A stretch of 63,179 bases of DNA, counting the filler. It is 11 parts of 11 records of this genome, joined end to end, with 100 filler letters (N's around TTAATTAATTAA, not from the genome) between each part and the next. Parts side by side here need not be neighbours in the genome. Positions count along the whole stretch, not along the records: positions 34,551 to 37,605 come from SRR7504441_803; positions 37,706 to 41,837 come from SRR7504441_804; positions 41,938 to 45,808 come from SRR7504441_808; positions 45,909 to 55,177 come from SRR7504441_810; 7 more parts are not named here. One strand, 5' to 3'. The notes under the pieces are model-generated. The model had not been told where the DNA came from and did no database searches. It saw only the letters and a program-made list of their open reading frames with translations. Both the position numbers and the translations under genes were made by a program. Every line of letters begins with the position of its first letter. Positions within the stretch are counted from its first letter, which is position 1. Below, one piece after another: positions 35,421 to 48,900 of the stretch.

Positions 35421-37605
35421 TCACTCTCCTACAGGATTCATCCGTTTGAGCATGACCACAAACTCTTCAAACTCGATCTGCCTGCTCCCTCAGCGAACAC
35501 TAACCACACGCCGGCACCTTATTGTTCTGGTTCTCGTCCACCTCGAGAAACAGTGCATTAATCTCCTCCGGAGGCACGTCTTCCCCAAGCAGCGGCAGCG
35601 CCTTCTTAAACTCCTCGCCATCAAGGTAGCCTGGATGTGCTCACGCAGCTGGATACACATGGAGGCACCTGAGTTGTCGGCATCAAACACCCGAAATGCA
35701 TCCATCATCGCATCCTAAAAACACTCAATCAGCCGCCAATCTCAGCGCTTGGCGCTCACGTCACTCTGGTCGGCAAATAGAGCACGACAGACGTCATTGA
35801 TGTGCTCGTCGCTGAATTGCCTGCCGGCCCGCTGTGAGCTAAGAGCTGAAAATCTGGGCACTGTTCTTCGAAGTTCTGCATGTTGGTGATCACGACGCCA
35901 ACTTTACGCAGCTGCATCGGTGATATTCGAAGTTTGACCGAGAAATCTAGAACAGACCTGCCAACCCGCTCAGCTTGCTACCAGCCACCCAGGCACATTG
36001 AGGTCCAAATCTGCGCAGCCTCCTCGGCCCCCGGAGCCTTGAACTCCTGCAGACAACCTGCTCAGCTGCTGCCTGGCCTGGCTAGACTTGCGTTCTGTTT
36101 GCGCAGTGCCTCTGCTTCCACGGCTTGCTTATCTAGAATCTCTGCGCCCCAATGTGCCGGCTGCACTCACGCCAAACGCACCTTGAATGGCGTCGCTCAC
36201 TGCCTGCTCGCGCTCCAGGTCCTTCTGCTCCAACGCCTGCTGGTGTTCCTGTTGCATATTGATGCTCGGGGCCTCATCCAGCGCGAATACGTATTCAATC
36301 GACTACGTGCCCCGAGTCAGCGAGTGCCACTCTATTAATAGACCTTCTCGAGCGCCTTGAGCATCGCTAGCTCCTCCGGCTGCTCGGTGGGCTGGACCAA
36401 GCCCTCGCCGGCTGAGGCCTGGAGCATCATCATAAACTCGTCGAATGGAACCTCCCGGTGCCCCTCGTCGAACAACTGCGCCCCACCCTCGGCCCGCACA
36501 CTCAGGCAGCCAAACGTATTCAACGAATCCTCCGAGCTCTTCTATCGAGTCCAGCCAAACCTACCCGCCGGGGCTGGCAAGCCTGGACAATTCGTTCGGT
36601 CACCCTGCGGTAGTTATCTAGCATCCTATGCTTCCGTAGATATAGCGCTTGCCACTCGCTGCCATAGTGCTCCGCTGCCTCGTCCGGCTGGCCCCAAGAA
36701 TAAACAGCTGCCAGTGGGGAGCGCGCACCCTGGCAGGGCTCTCCCCGGACAGGGCCTCCCCGGAGCCGCCAGGACTCTCCCCAGGCATGTCGAATTGGGC
36801 TTGTTTGCGCGTTTGCCTGTTGTTTGCCTTGGTCTCTCTGCGAGTTTTGAACATGACTGTCCCACGTCACGCAACCGCTCCTGGCTGGGCCGACCTGACG
36901 GGGCCTGCACGCCCGAGTACTCGGCCACGATATCGAGCGCCTTGATCGAGCTGGCTAGCTTCATCTGCTGGATTTGATGGTCCTGTCCTGGGTGAGGATC
37001 CGTGCCAGCGGCCGCAGCGCCTTATCCGCCAGTTCTAGAGCGAGCTTCTCGATCTCGACCGACAGGTGGGTGAGCCGGTCGTCCTCAGGCTTCGACAGGT
37101 TCTCAGTCACCACCTGGCCAGGCTCAGCGGGCTCCTGCTGCCCGGCACCTGGGCCCCCCACGCCAACCGGGACACGCTGGCCAGCTTGCGATCCTTCTTC
37201 TCCACCAGCGTGTGGAGCATCTGCCCACCGCTTATCGGCCTGCTCTGGGGGCTGCGGCACCTCATTCTCACGTTCGAGGTGTTTGGCTCGCTTCTGCAGC
37301 GCGTCGTACCCATCCAGCTGCTTCTGGAACCGATTGATCTCCGCGTGGCACCGCGTGATCTCTACCTGCAGCCCGCGATGCCACACAACACCCAACCGGA
37401 CGCACCCGGAGGTCGTTCGCCTCTGACTGCGCGGTCAGGCTCTCCACGCTGCACCCGGGTCGGCTGGAGGCCGATCGGCGCTGGATACCTGGGGCCTGCC
37501 TTCTTTGCGGAGGAGGACCGGCCCCCCGCTTCCTTCTCGGCCGGCTCCTCCGCTGGCGGTTCCTCCGCTGGCGGTTCCTCCGCTGGCGGCTCCTCCGCTG
37601 GCGGC
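35421..37605 (-). CDS. Coiled-coil/EF-hand protein with calmodulin-like C-terminus (5' truncated, many introns)
   Basis: Spliced end reads DAFRVFDADNSGYLDGEEF...EVDENQNNKIEFEEFVVML; internal PFDEFMMML. Could be two genes. Confidence 0.7.
37545..37605 (-). repeat. 15-nt tandem repeat encoding (PPAEE)n
   Basis: (g)gctcctccgctggcg units, about 4 copies, running into the contig end. Confidence 0.85.
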
Positions 37606-37705
37606 NNNNNNNNNNNNNNNNNNNNNNNNNNNNNNNNNNNNNNNNNNNNTTAATTAATTAANNNNNNNNNNNNNNNNNNNNNNNNNNNNNNNNNNNNNNN
37701 NNNNN

Positions 37706-39128
37706 TGTGCATTCATGACTCTGCTGACCAGCCTGGTGGTTGCTGCAAAGGCGACGACGCTTCAAAATCTCGCGCTGGTGAGGGCACAAGAGAGGCGAGA
37801 CGACCGGGATAAGATTCGGAAGAGATGTTGTCATAAACTTCACTCTCCGCTCGCCGCATTGGACCTAGAATCGCGGCTGATAGAAACAGACGAGGCCGCC
37901 ACGCCTGAGCTTGTGAAAAAGATAGCTTCGCTTCACACATGTATGGCCTCTGTCCTGGAGTCTTTGGATGACTTGAAGAACCAATTTGACGAAGACCCTA
38001 GATTTGACGAGGATTCGGTTCCCCAGGGATGCACCGAGCAAGCTACCACGACACCTCCAGAACTGGTGCGCAAACGAGGGCGCTCGGTCCAGAGGTATGA
38101 CCCAGGGACGCGTGTGGCGGTCATGGTCGTAGATGACGTGGCATGCCTTCGTAAAGTGCAGTTGAGGCATCTTCAAAAACTGGCAACCCGGTGGGATCAA
38201 GACTTCGAGTATATCGAGGCCACCACTGGCGAGGAATGTCTGATGCATGTGATGAGAACTCATGGTCAGCCCATCCACGCAGTCATTATGGACCAGTACA
38301 TGCAGGATGCAGGAGGTCAGCTCCTCGGATCCGAGGCAACCTTGAAGCTCCGGCAGTGCGGTTTCCAAGGGCTGATCATCGGTTGGTCGGGCAATGCTGA
38401 AAGCAAGCCTCTTTTCATGCATGCGGGGGCGGATGACTTTTGGCCGAAGCCAATACCACCTGACGACGCAATGGTGCATCTGTTTGAAAGCAAGTTGGGA
38501 CTTTCGAGATGCACATTATCACGGGACCCGATGCAGCAGGATCCAGACACGCTGGACCCGTATCTTAGACAGCAGGCTCAGCCCCTCAACACAGGTATGA
38601 CACGGAAAGAGTTTGTGTGCACAACACCGGACGAGTGGTGCGAGTTCTTAAAGCTCTGCGTCTTGCCAGAATATGAGGAGACCATGGAAGGCTTCAGATC
38701 AGCACCTTCGAAAGCCCAGGCCCACAAGCTGAAGAACATTAGCGGGTGCCCTTTTCCTTTGCGATGCTCATAATGAAGCGCGTGCCCTCGAAAATTTGTG
38801 CCTCGAGCAAGAGAATTCAAACCCTACGGACACTTCTGATCTCGATTGTTCTGTTCACCTTCACGAGGAGGTCGCTGCCCGAGCTTCTAGACTAGATTCC
38901 TTGATGCGAGAAAGCATACAGCGACTGTTGGAAGGTTCAGGGCCTCCCGGAGGTAAAGAAAGAATCAAGTTTAAGGATTACGTGATGCGATCGACCAAAC
39001 ACAGCACAACGAATACATGTAGCGGAGAAGGCAACGGCAAGGCAACCCATAGAAGGCGCACAACTATTGGCATGAAGTTAGCGAGCAAGCACGGATTCGA
39101 AATCTCGCCTCGTAATATTTCTAAATGA
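37706..39128 (+). CDS. Phosphorelay protein: HisKA-like helix, receiver domain, Hpt-like domain (5' truncated)
   Basis: CHKLHSPL; VMVVDD, VIMDQYM, GADDFWPKP; AHKLK...ARALENLC. Junction near 38749-38781 unresolved. Confidence 0.75.
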
Positions 39129-39319
39129 TTTTCCGTATTTATGTACAAGACTTCGTACATTTAGTTTTGTCTATCTCGTGAAGAGACGTTTTATCTCGTG
39201 GCAAATACAGATGATTGTACGAGTATTGTACGAGTACTTCAAAATTAATCAAAAATGAGGTCATGATCATGATGAATGATTAATCATTCTACTTGAAGCT
39301 TCGTACCAAGATACAAGTT

Positions 39320-41837
39320 TTACTTGGTCATTGACACCACAATCGAGATGTCCTCAACTAGTTGCTTAAACTGGTCCGGGAAGTTATCGAATTTCACGGT
39401 GCCCGACGTGATGTAACTCTCGAGTAACGCTTCGCTGATGGGCTGACTCTGGCCGTCTTTCACAAGATCCTCCACAGCATCGAAACAGGCGGTGCACATG
39501 TGGAAGACAACCGCACAAAGACGATACAAGCTCGAAAACATCTCAAACTCGGTGACTGAGCCATCTCCGTCACAGTCTAGTATTTCGAACAAGTGTTGGA
39601 TCCTGTTCTGTACATCCAGCTTCGGGTCGAGCAGCTTCATTGCACTCTCAAACTCATGTTGGTCGATCGTGCCACTTTGGTCTCTGTCAAGGAATCCGAA
39701 GAGCGCTTCGACCATTCCGCGAGGCTCGGCCAGCGCCTTGGTCCGCAGTTGCTGCCCAAAGCTAGCACTGAGCTCCTGTCGCACACAATCAGCATCAAAG
39801 CTTGGCACTCGGGGGCACCAGGGTCGTAGTCAGGGATGCGGGCACGCCCTGAGCGTCGTGGGCTGGGAGCAGTGGGAGCATGGCGAGGAACAGCTCCAGT
39901 TGATTAGCCAACATATTAATCGCGAGATCGTTAAACCCTTCCAAAGACAGCGCCTGGATGTCCGTCATCTGCAGACCCTTTATCACGATCATCCCGAGTA
40001 TCTGAGTCTCGTCAAGGATGGCCTTGAGCCGCTTTCTCTTGCCCGAATCCGAGCTGCCCTCTGTGAGTGACCAGGATATCAGCTGATCCACTCGCTCGCC
40101 AACCGGATCGGCTTCTCCCCCGAGCAACCCCTCACTGTAACGCTGGAGCTCCTCTAGTGACACTTCCCCTGATTGGTCGTCGTCAACGGCCTTCACAGCA
40201 GACCCAACTGCCAGTTGCAGCAAAGGTGCCACAAATCCAGCTCTAACGACCCCCAGCAAGATCCGCGCAATCTCGAGCCCACACAGCAGCCCTGCCTTGA
40301 TGAACGCACTCGCCTCGTGCTTGTTGATGTCTCCCGAGCTGTCCAAATCCATCAACATAAAAACACTGAGCGCCAGCATCTCCGGGTTATCTACGCACGA
40401 CTCGCGCCAATTGGTCAGCTCCAGTAAGCTCTCACAATTCTCTCGGCTCAGCCCGATGTTGGCTGGGTCTAGAAGCTTGATCAGATGCTCAGCGATCGCG
40501 CCTGAGGAACGCCTTACTTGCTTGCCGATCTCCTGGTCCACTTTAGCCCGAAGCTGCTCGCACTGCTCCTGAGATGGACCGTCACTGCTGCCAGCCAACA
40601 GAGGGACTGTCTCGAGCAGGCCCGTCAGCTGATCGCCACAGTGCGTCACCACAAACCACTCGAGGTGCGCCGCCACCAGGTACGCAACCGCCTCGTTCTC
40701 GGCCACGGGCTCCTCCTTGTTGTTGGTAAGGTCATCGAAGAATGATATGAGCAGGTCCTGGTGGGCTTGCCTGGCTCGCGTCAGTCGCGCTTGGAGACCA
40801 AGCAGCTCGCTGTGCCGAATGCGGAGGGCCGCCACCTCCTCCTGCACTGGGAGCAGCTCGTCGAGAGCCTCAATCACTGCAGCAGGCAGCTTATTGCACC
40901 CAGCGCTCTCGAGCTCCTCGGAGTCCGAAGAGAGCGTTTTCAGCTCCGAACATACCTGTCCACAAGCTCCCCAGCCGCGCGGCCTTCAGCGGGCACCTTA
41001 GCGCTCTCTCTGCCGAGCCTCTCCTTGTCTGCTGCAATCTCGCCCAAATGCTTGGTGAATGACAGCGCCGCTCGACGTATTGCCGCCTCCTTGATCTTTC
41101 GGCTGTCCGCGTCCAAGGCTTGCCTGAGCTGAGCCTCTATCTCATGAACTTCCTCCAGTCGCTCGATCTCGTCCAGACACTCGGCTGCCGGGTTTGTCTG
41201 GAACCGGTGGATTGCCTTGACAGGGTTACTGGCCAGCCGATGGACTGCAGCAAACAATCTGGCCTGCTGGACACTGTGCCCTTCCGCCTTCAGTTTCTTC
41301 TGGAGCGTTTTGCACCGCTTGCGCAGCGCGATGCATTCCTGCTGGGCGTTGGCCAGGATTCCGTTAAGTGTGCTCCTGAACTCGACAGCGGCGGCCTGGG
41401 AATCGGCACAGCCAAGCACAGCGTTCCTCCTAGCCATGTTGGTGGCTTTTAGGCAGGCCCGCTCGGTAGTGTCGTGGTGCAGTCGGTTAAAAATCTCGGC
41501 CCAGGCTTGGTGGCCTTTCTTGAGCTGCTGGCTGAGCTCAGCAGCCTGCTTTGCGACTGGGCCTGCCCTGTGATCTTGCAGCTGACTCAGCAGATACAAG
41601 CAATCATCCAATTGATCACGGAATGCGGACGGCTGGGCAGCCGCTGGTCTAGGCATCCTTTCAGTCTCGCCAACCTTTGTGTTGCACTTGTCTGCTCCTT
41701 TGGGCATTTTTAATCTCGGTTTGCCCTTGGGGCTCGCGCCTGCCCCATCATTGGCAGACGGCAACTTCCGTTCCGCCCGGGCCTGGTACTGCTGCTTCTG
41801 GGGAGGCGGCAGACTGGCCCAGAGCCCCCGGATCCGG
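39320..41837 (-). CDS. Coiled-coil multi-EF-hand protein (5' truncated)
   Basis: DLDSSGDINKHE, DDDQSGEVSLEE, DRDQSGTIDQHE, DCDGDGSVTEFE. Introns of about 41 and 40 nt join three ORFs. Confidence 0.8.
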
Positions 41838-41937
41838 NNNNNNNNNNNNNNNNNNNNNNNNNNNNNNNNNNNNNNNNNNNNTTAATTAATTAANNNNNNN
41901 NNNNNNNNNNNNNNNNNNNNNNNNNNNNNNNNNNNNN

Positions 41938-43053
41938 CACTGCAAACCGTCCAAACTGCATCGTGGCGCTAGCATCATCCTCGGGCTCCTCCTCCCCGGC
42001 CGGGGCCGGCCCCGTCTCCTCGTCCTCCGCCGGTGCATCGCCCCCGGGCGACCGAACGAAATGCCAGAACAAGTCTTCGAGCAGCACAACACCCTCCAGC
42101 TTGCCATCCAAGTCGACTATGACCATCCGAGACGAGCCCTGCTGCGCCAGCCGCCGCAGCACGTCCAGCAGCGCCTCGGTCTTGAGGCAGCTGAGCAGAG
42201 CGCATGACGGGCACGAGTCCAGGAACTCAGAGACTGGCCTCTCCAGCCAGCCCCAGCGCTCCGAGCAGCCCGCAAGCGTCACCAGCTCCTGGTGGGTGAC
42301 CAGCCCGACCACCACCCCCTCCGCGTCCAGCACCGCCGCGTAGCTCTGGCCTGTACTGAGCAGCTCTTTCTGAGCGTCCAACATGCTCACCGAACCATCC
42401 AGTTTTAGAATCCCGTCGGGGTTCCTTTCGCCGATCTTAAGAGCAGTGATCGACTGGTCAAGCAGCGCGTCGCCCTCGGCGTCGTGAAAGTGGGACATGA
42501 CGTATCTCAAGATCCGGGCGTGGTTGAGCACGAACACAGGCGTCTCCATTGCAAGCTCTCGGATCGCCAGCAACTGCCGCGGGCGCTCGGCCGTGTGCAT
42601 TTGCTCCAAGGCGTCGAGTACGGTGGTGTCCGGGGTGGCGGAGGCCGTGTCTAGCCCGGGCCGGCCCGGCTGGCCGAGCCAGTCGCCCACGGTGGTACCG
42701 GCAAGCGCCGATTCGAGTTCTGACCCACTGGCCGACCCGGCGGTCGAGGCCACCATGGCGGCCAGGTGGGCCGGGGTGAGCAGCCCCTGGCAACTCTCGT
42801 CCTGCCAGAGCGAGGCCGCCCCGAGCTGGTGCTCAATAAACACCTCGAGCAGATCGGCGAGCGTGAGACTGTCCTCGACCAGAGCCACTTTGCCGTTCTC
42901 GGGCATCACGTCGTAGGTGCGCGTGTTCCGGAAGAACTCGACCACCGACTGCGGGTCAAAGCTCTTCCGGCCTGGCAGGCTCCGCCCGCTCGCCTCCTCC
43001 TCCTGCTCCCCGGCCCCGGGGATGGACATGGACGCTGTAGAGCTCTCTGCCAT
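41938..43053 (-). CDS. CBS-domain protein, AMPK gamma/SNF4-like (3' truncated)
   Basis: FFRNTRTYDVMPENGKV, AASLW, LNHARILRYV, VVGLVT, RMVIVD..GKLEGVVLLEDL. Confidence 0.85.
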
Positions 43054-43095
43054 CAGTGATGTCTCTTCTGTCCGTTGGGACCCCTGCTGCAGGTA

Positions 43096-43943
43096 ATGAT
43101 GGGTGACCCGACTGACCAGGAGCTCCTTGGGGGGCAAGCCGTCCCGGCCCAGCGGGAGGTGCTGCTGAGCGTCCAAATCACCCGAGAGCACGCCCGACTG
43201 ACGGTGCGCGGCCCAGCCGGTGGCCGGCTGAGCAGTAGGTGTGCCAGGTCCTGTGCCTGCTGGTGCTGGCGCTGATGGCACTCAGCTTCCTGGCCGGGCA
43301 GAGGTCGACCGCTGCAGCCGGGCTGGACAGTGGGTCCACAGTGCGCAGCCCAGTGGACAGTGGGGGCCATAAGCGACTGCTGGCCAGACCGACAACGCCA
43401 ACTAGCGAGCCTTCGTTGGGAGCACCGGCGACGGCAGCACCGACAACGCCGAGCTCTGAGCGTCGGAAGAGCTGTGAGCAGCTGAAGTGGTCGCAGCCCC
43501 GCAAAGGCTCGGTATGCGCCGCGAGTGACATTGGCGGCTGTCATCTCTTCAGAACCTACCAGGCGAGTACACTGGGCGGGTGAGAGCATTCAGGGTTCTG
43601 ACAGGAGGCCGCAAAGGTCTGTGGATCCGTCGGAGCGTCGCTGTGCACCTTGAAAGAACTGCAGACGGACCAAGCACGAGGAAGTGGATGCGGCCTGGAC
43701 AACCAGCTGGTCTGGTCCTCCACCCCGTGCGGCCCGGGCTTGTTCTATTCGAGGAATGGGGCCACTCTGACTCAGCCTGCCAACAACAAGAGTTGTACTG
43801 TCCACACTAAGCGGTTGGGAGTCCGGTGCTGCAGCAATTGGTCCAAGGCACCTGAAGCGGCGCCTACGACAGCACCTGTGTCTCTTAAGATGGAGGATCT
43901 AGATCCAGCACTAAGGAACAGATATGCTGATGTGAGAACTTAG
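43096..43943 (+). CDS. Type II membrane protein with Cys-rich extracellular domain
   Basis: TM helix, Ser/Thr/Pro stalk, EAAKVC..VGASLCTLKEL...GSGC..D..LVWSSTPC...VRCC. A 35-nt GT-AG intron and a 42-nt GC-AG intron (43563-43604). Confidence 0.7.
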
Positions 43944-44429
43944 CGGCAGCGACAACAATACTAGGCTGGAAACTCCAACCACAAAATTATGGAGGTATAA
44001 ATACACGCGGCAAGTCACACAAGCCTGTGCTCGAGAGGATGCATGGCAACAAAACACTGCTGAATCTGATCAAGTCGCATAACAAAGAAGATATCGAATG
44101 GTACAATTGGGCAAGAGCGCGAAGCTTAGTTCGATGCGATGTCTGAATCTTCGTGTTTGATATAATCGAATGTAATCTAAGCTATATACAGTCAGCCTGA
44201 TCTAAACCATATTCATTCAGATCATTCTGAACCAATCAATAGCTCACGCTAAGCACGCGCTAAATACTTTAATAAGCTCGCCCATCATAGTCTGCAGTAC
44301 AGTCGTGCAAGGCCTTGAGGGCAGACGGTTGGAACGGTCGGGTCCGGAGGGTCACCGAGCAGCCGCAATATGGCACCAGTTTGCTCGAAGGAGTGGACGA
44401 GGCACTGACCGAAGGAGCGGGCCATTGCC

Positions 44430-45808
44430 ATGGGAAACACCCTCGAAGGCGCGGGTGAGGCACTGACCGAAGCCAGTGATGCGGTCGGTGAAGCGGTCAC
44501 CAAGATGGTTTCTGATTCGAAGCTGACTGACGACGAAGCCGCGCGTGTGCTCAAGCTGTTTGAACGCATAGACGTGGACGGGGATAAGGCCCTGCAGATC
44601 AAAGAGGTCGAGGCCTGGCTCGCCTCGATGGGCAGTAGTCCCGTGGCCAAGGTCAGGGCGGAGCGGGTGAGACGGCAGCTCATGGCTTGTGACTGGTGGG
44701 GCCACCGACCGCTCACCCGCTCACCCGAGGGGGCAGGGAGGGGTTAGAGATGACCGAGGAGGGGCTGCTGCGGGGGGTCGCTTCGCTCAAGCAGCAGCTG
44801 AGCCCTCAGGAGTTTAATAAGATGCTCGAGGACTGGGATCACCAGCCGTTTGATATTCAGCTCCGCTGGCAGCCAGTACGCGACCTGGCGTTCATGTCGC
44901 TCAGCCAACTCCAGCAAATCAACGTTCATGAGCTCAAGCAGTGCAAGAGCGTCCCCGACGCTCTGGCCCTGCTATTCAAGCTTGGGCACACTGACGAGAC
45001 GGCGCTGGCTGTGCTGGGCAGGCTGCGCTCTATCTTCCAAGAGGTAGACACTGACGGGAGCAATGCGCTGGACCCGATGGAGCTCGTGGCCGTCTTCTCC
45101 AAGATCTACAAGGGTACCAACAGGAACTCAGTTGTGCGTGCTGCCCGCGAGCTCATCGCCAAATTTGACATCAATGGAGACGGTGAGCTTCAATTCGACG
45201 AGTTCGTCATCATGGTACGGAGAGGCGCCTTTTTTGAAAAGTACCGTGCCTGTCAGCTGCCCCACTGAGCCTGGGGGCAGGTTTTTCGGGTACCCGGTGC
45301 CTGACCCGATTGCGGACCATATGCTCAATCTGGTGGACGGAGGAGAATTATTCTCTGGGCAGATGGGCGTAATCCGAGACCGTTTAAATTCTGAGCAGGC
45401 CACAGCAAAAGTGCGGTTTATCCGCAGGACTGGGAGCCGCAAGTCTGTCAGAGTGCTACGGTTGATCAATTCGAGTGCCGAATTGGCGCCAGGCGAGCTG
45501 GATACAATCGGTGTGGATTATCGGGAGCTCCAGTTACTTGCCAAAGCCCGCTGGGATTGTCGGTTCCATGCCCTTGATCAGGATGCTTCCAAGAAGCAGA
45601 CCAAGCAAGTCAAAGATCAGGTGCTAGGACACGACCAGCTCACGGAGATTGGTGAGCATGCTGACGGCGGGTTGAGAGAGTGTGGACAGGCGGGGAGATG
45701 CTGGAGGCACTCCCGGAGCTGCAGGAGCTGTTCACAGGGACCACAGACTGCTCAGTCGGCTACTTCTTGGAGGTGAGTTGTAGAGCCTCTGCTGAGGGCA
45801 CCTGGCTG
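44430..45808 (+). CDS. EF-hand protein with possible N-myristoylation site (3' truncated)
   Basis: MGNTLE; DVDGDKALQIKE, DTDGSNALDPME, DINGDGELQFDEF. Introns of 41 and 40 nt. Confidence 0.8.
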
Positions 45809-45908
45809 NNNNNNNNNNNNNNNNNNNNNNNNNNNNNNNNNNNNNNNNNNNNTTAATTAATTAANNNNNNNNNNNNNNNNNNNNNNNNNNNNNNNNNNNN
45901 NNNNNNNN

Positions 45909-48900
45909 GCAAATGAAGTGACGATTGAGTCATCTGATAGTTTGCTAGTTGCTAGCGATAATGTTAAGGTCGCTACCACATGGAATGGCACGATCGCATT
46001 GGATCCGAAGGGCGGGTCTGTACAAATTGGTGGCTTGGCGCTTCAAGATACATCGATTCACTCAAAGGACGTACTTAAAGGGCTCGTACTCGACTCGTCC
46101 ATTGTACTGCGGTCACCTGAAGAGGTCGTGGTCCAAAGCTCTTTCACTGTGGACAGTCGGAAGCCTGTTTCTATTCAAGCTCCGTCAGTGGAGCTTGCGA
46201 GCACAGGCCTAAATGATGACCTGGTGCTCGCCACACGGGGAGGCGAGATTCAACTAGGAGATGAGCTCAAAGTGGACGCTGCGGGTCTGCTTAGCTCATC
46301 CAAGCTCAAGGGACTCGACCTGCGTTCTGCAGGGGACATCTCCTTCACTGCTGCCAGAGAGATTCGAATGACAGCACAGCAGATGGATTTGCGCTATCAA
46401 GATCATGTTGAGATCAAAGCAGATTCAATGCGGCTGGCGACAGCAGGACAAGATATAGAGCTTCAACCTTCAGGAGGAAGCGCTGTGATCGATTCAGTTT
46501 TTCTCTCTGGGGCTGAGATTCGTGGCAATGACCAACTGAAAGGTCTCCGGATAGCGAGCGATGCAATGCGCATTGGAAACCCTGACAGTACTCTACAAAT
46601 CATGGGCAAGACTCTTGATCTTCAAGGCACCAAAACTGTAGATCTTGATGCCGGGGAGCAGCTTACTCTCAAGGCACCTGCTGTTTTCGTCTCTGACTCT
46701 CTAACCATTGCTGATGTTGAATTATCTGGCAATTCTTTAACTTCGGGATCATCAAGTGCAGGGCTCACTCTTGACTCCAACAGTGGGATCTGGATCAGAC
46801 CTGGAGAGCAACATCCGGTGGTGGTGGATGGTGGACTCGAAGTCAGAACGTCTGAGCGCATCGCTCTATCAGGGGATGTCAGCCTGGATGGCAACGTAAG
46901 AATGAAAGGTGAGGTGGTGACGGACGCCTTAAGACTTGTCGGCAATCGATTCTCTGGACAGGAAGCGGTCAAGCCATTGGAACTTGCCTCTGTCACTCCA
47001 ATAACAATTGGGAGCAAGGAAGCTGTACAGCTAGCTGGTGATAGTATTGACATTGCAGCCAAGTCGGACATGGTACTGAGTGCTGACGAGCTGAGGTTGC
47101 ACTCCAACAACGACATTATTCTTCAAGATAAGGGCGGGTCTGTGCTGATCGACGGCATTAGCTTGGATGGGAGGGCCATGATGGGAACAGACCCTACAAA
47201 GAATCTTCATGTATTGGCCGACAAAGGGTTGCACATGCAAGCTGACGAAGTGCTTCACGCGCATGCACCTGAGCTTAATTTGGAGGCACAAGACGTGCTC
47301 AATCTGCGAGCACGTCGGATTCAAGCATCCACAAGCACATGGGGCTCAGTGCAGATCGACTCTCCCGGCGGAGGATTGCAGGTAGGGCAAAGTCTCGTAC
47401 TGCAGGACACTGAGTTACAATCTACCGACTCTCTTGGTGGATTAACATTGAACAGCCGGAATGAGCTCGTGTTAAATTCTCCGAAGGTTGTTGTAGATGG
47501 CTCGCTCGAGGTACAGGGTGCCGTGAGTTTACAAGGCAGGTCGATCTCCTTAACTGCAACCGAAGGAAGTGACCTTTTATTGCAAACTGTGGGTGGAGAA
47601 ATCCAGGCTGGCAGTGGAGTGGTCTTTGATGGACCTACAATGCTTCTATCAGATACTTTCAGAGGTAGGCTGGTTGCTGATGGGGCCATGCGCATGTCAG
47701 CTAGCGAGGTGGACCTCCAGGCTGGAAGGACTGTAGTGGCAAAGGCCCGCGACTCTGTTGAGATTGGAGGAGAGTTGATTCAGATTCAGACCGGCTGGCA
47801 GGGTCTGGTGCAGCTCAATGGGAGGGGAGGAGAACTTGTTGCTGGTGGCATATCGTTCTCGGACCAGATTTCGAGTACAGATGTTGTCAAGGGACTGGGG
47901 GTCCGAGCAGATAATCTCCTCCTGCAGGGTCGAAGCATCGATTTGCAGTCAGATGACATGCACCTTGAGGCCAGGTCTCAGCTGAGCCTGGTTGCATCTA
48001 CCATTTCAATGGCGTCCACAAAGCTCAATCAGCCAATTAGGATGGAGCAGACTGTTGTTACAGATCAGTTATCATTAGATGGGAACACTGTTGCTTCACT
48101 TGATCCTGTGTCGGGCCTGAAGTTCGCATCAGATAAAGATCTGACATTCCATTCTCCTCGAGTTGTGATGAACGGGCAACTGCAGGTCTACTCTGAGTCT
48201 GACGTGGAGTTTTCGGCTCACAGCCTGCTACTCAATGCGGAGACAACACATCTCAACACTAATGGCGGAGACGTAATTGCCTCTGGTCTGAGGTTTGATG
48301 GAACTTCGATTGTATCATCCAATGAACTGAAGCCTCTCCGGCTCTTTTCTCCTACAAGCATGCTCCTCGAGGCTGAGCAGAAGGTGTCACTCATGTCCCA
48401 TGATATAGACTTCTCGTCAGATAAGCTCAGCCTTTCGGCCAGCTCTCATTTAGAGCTCTCAACCGCCTGGGGGAGCGAGGGTGTTTCGTTCAACACCCCA
48501 GGTGGACATGTTCAAGTAGATTCACTCCAACTCGGCGCTGCAAACTTGCGCACATCTGACCTTGTATCTGGGCTGGCAATTCGAAGCCGCCGAGGACTGC
48601 AGGTAAGTGCAGCAACAGCACTCACTCTGGGTGCAGAAACGCTCGATCTGACTGCACTGGAGTCGTTGAATATATCAGGCTCCAGCGTGGACTTAAGTTC
48701 TGCATGGAATAGCAAGGTGCAGATCACAAGAGGTGGGCTTGCTGTTGGCCATCAATTGGTCTTTGAGGACACCTCTGTGACTTCTCATGACCATGTTAAA
48801 CCCTTGCAGCTTACCAGCGCATCTGATATCAATCTCAAAGCCAAGGGTGCTCTGCAATTGAATGGACTTGTAGTGGAATCTCGTGTTCATCCTGTCGAAA

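Noticed and set aside
35421-45808. Apparent cluster of EF-hand/signalling genes
   Set aside because: They lie on three separate contigs; the clustering comes from concatenation.
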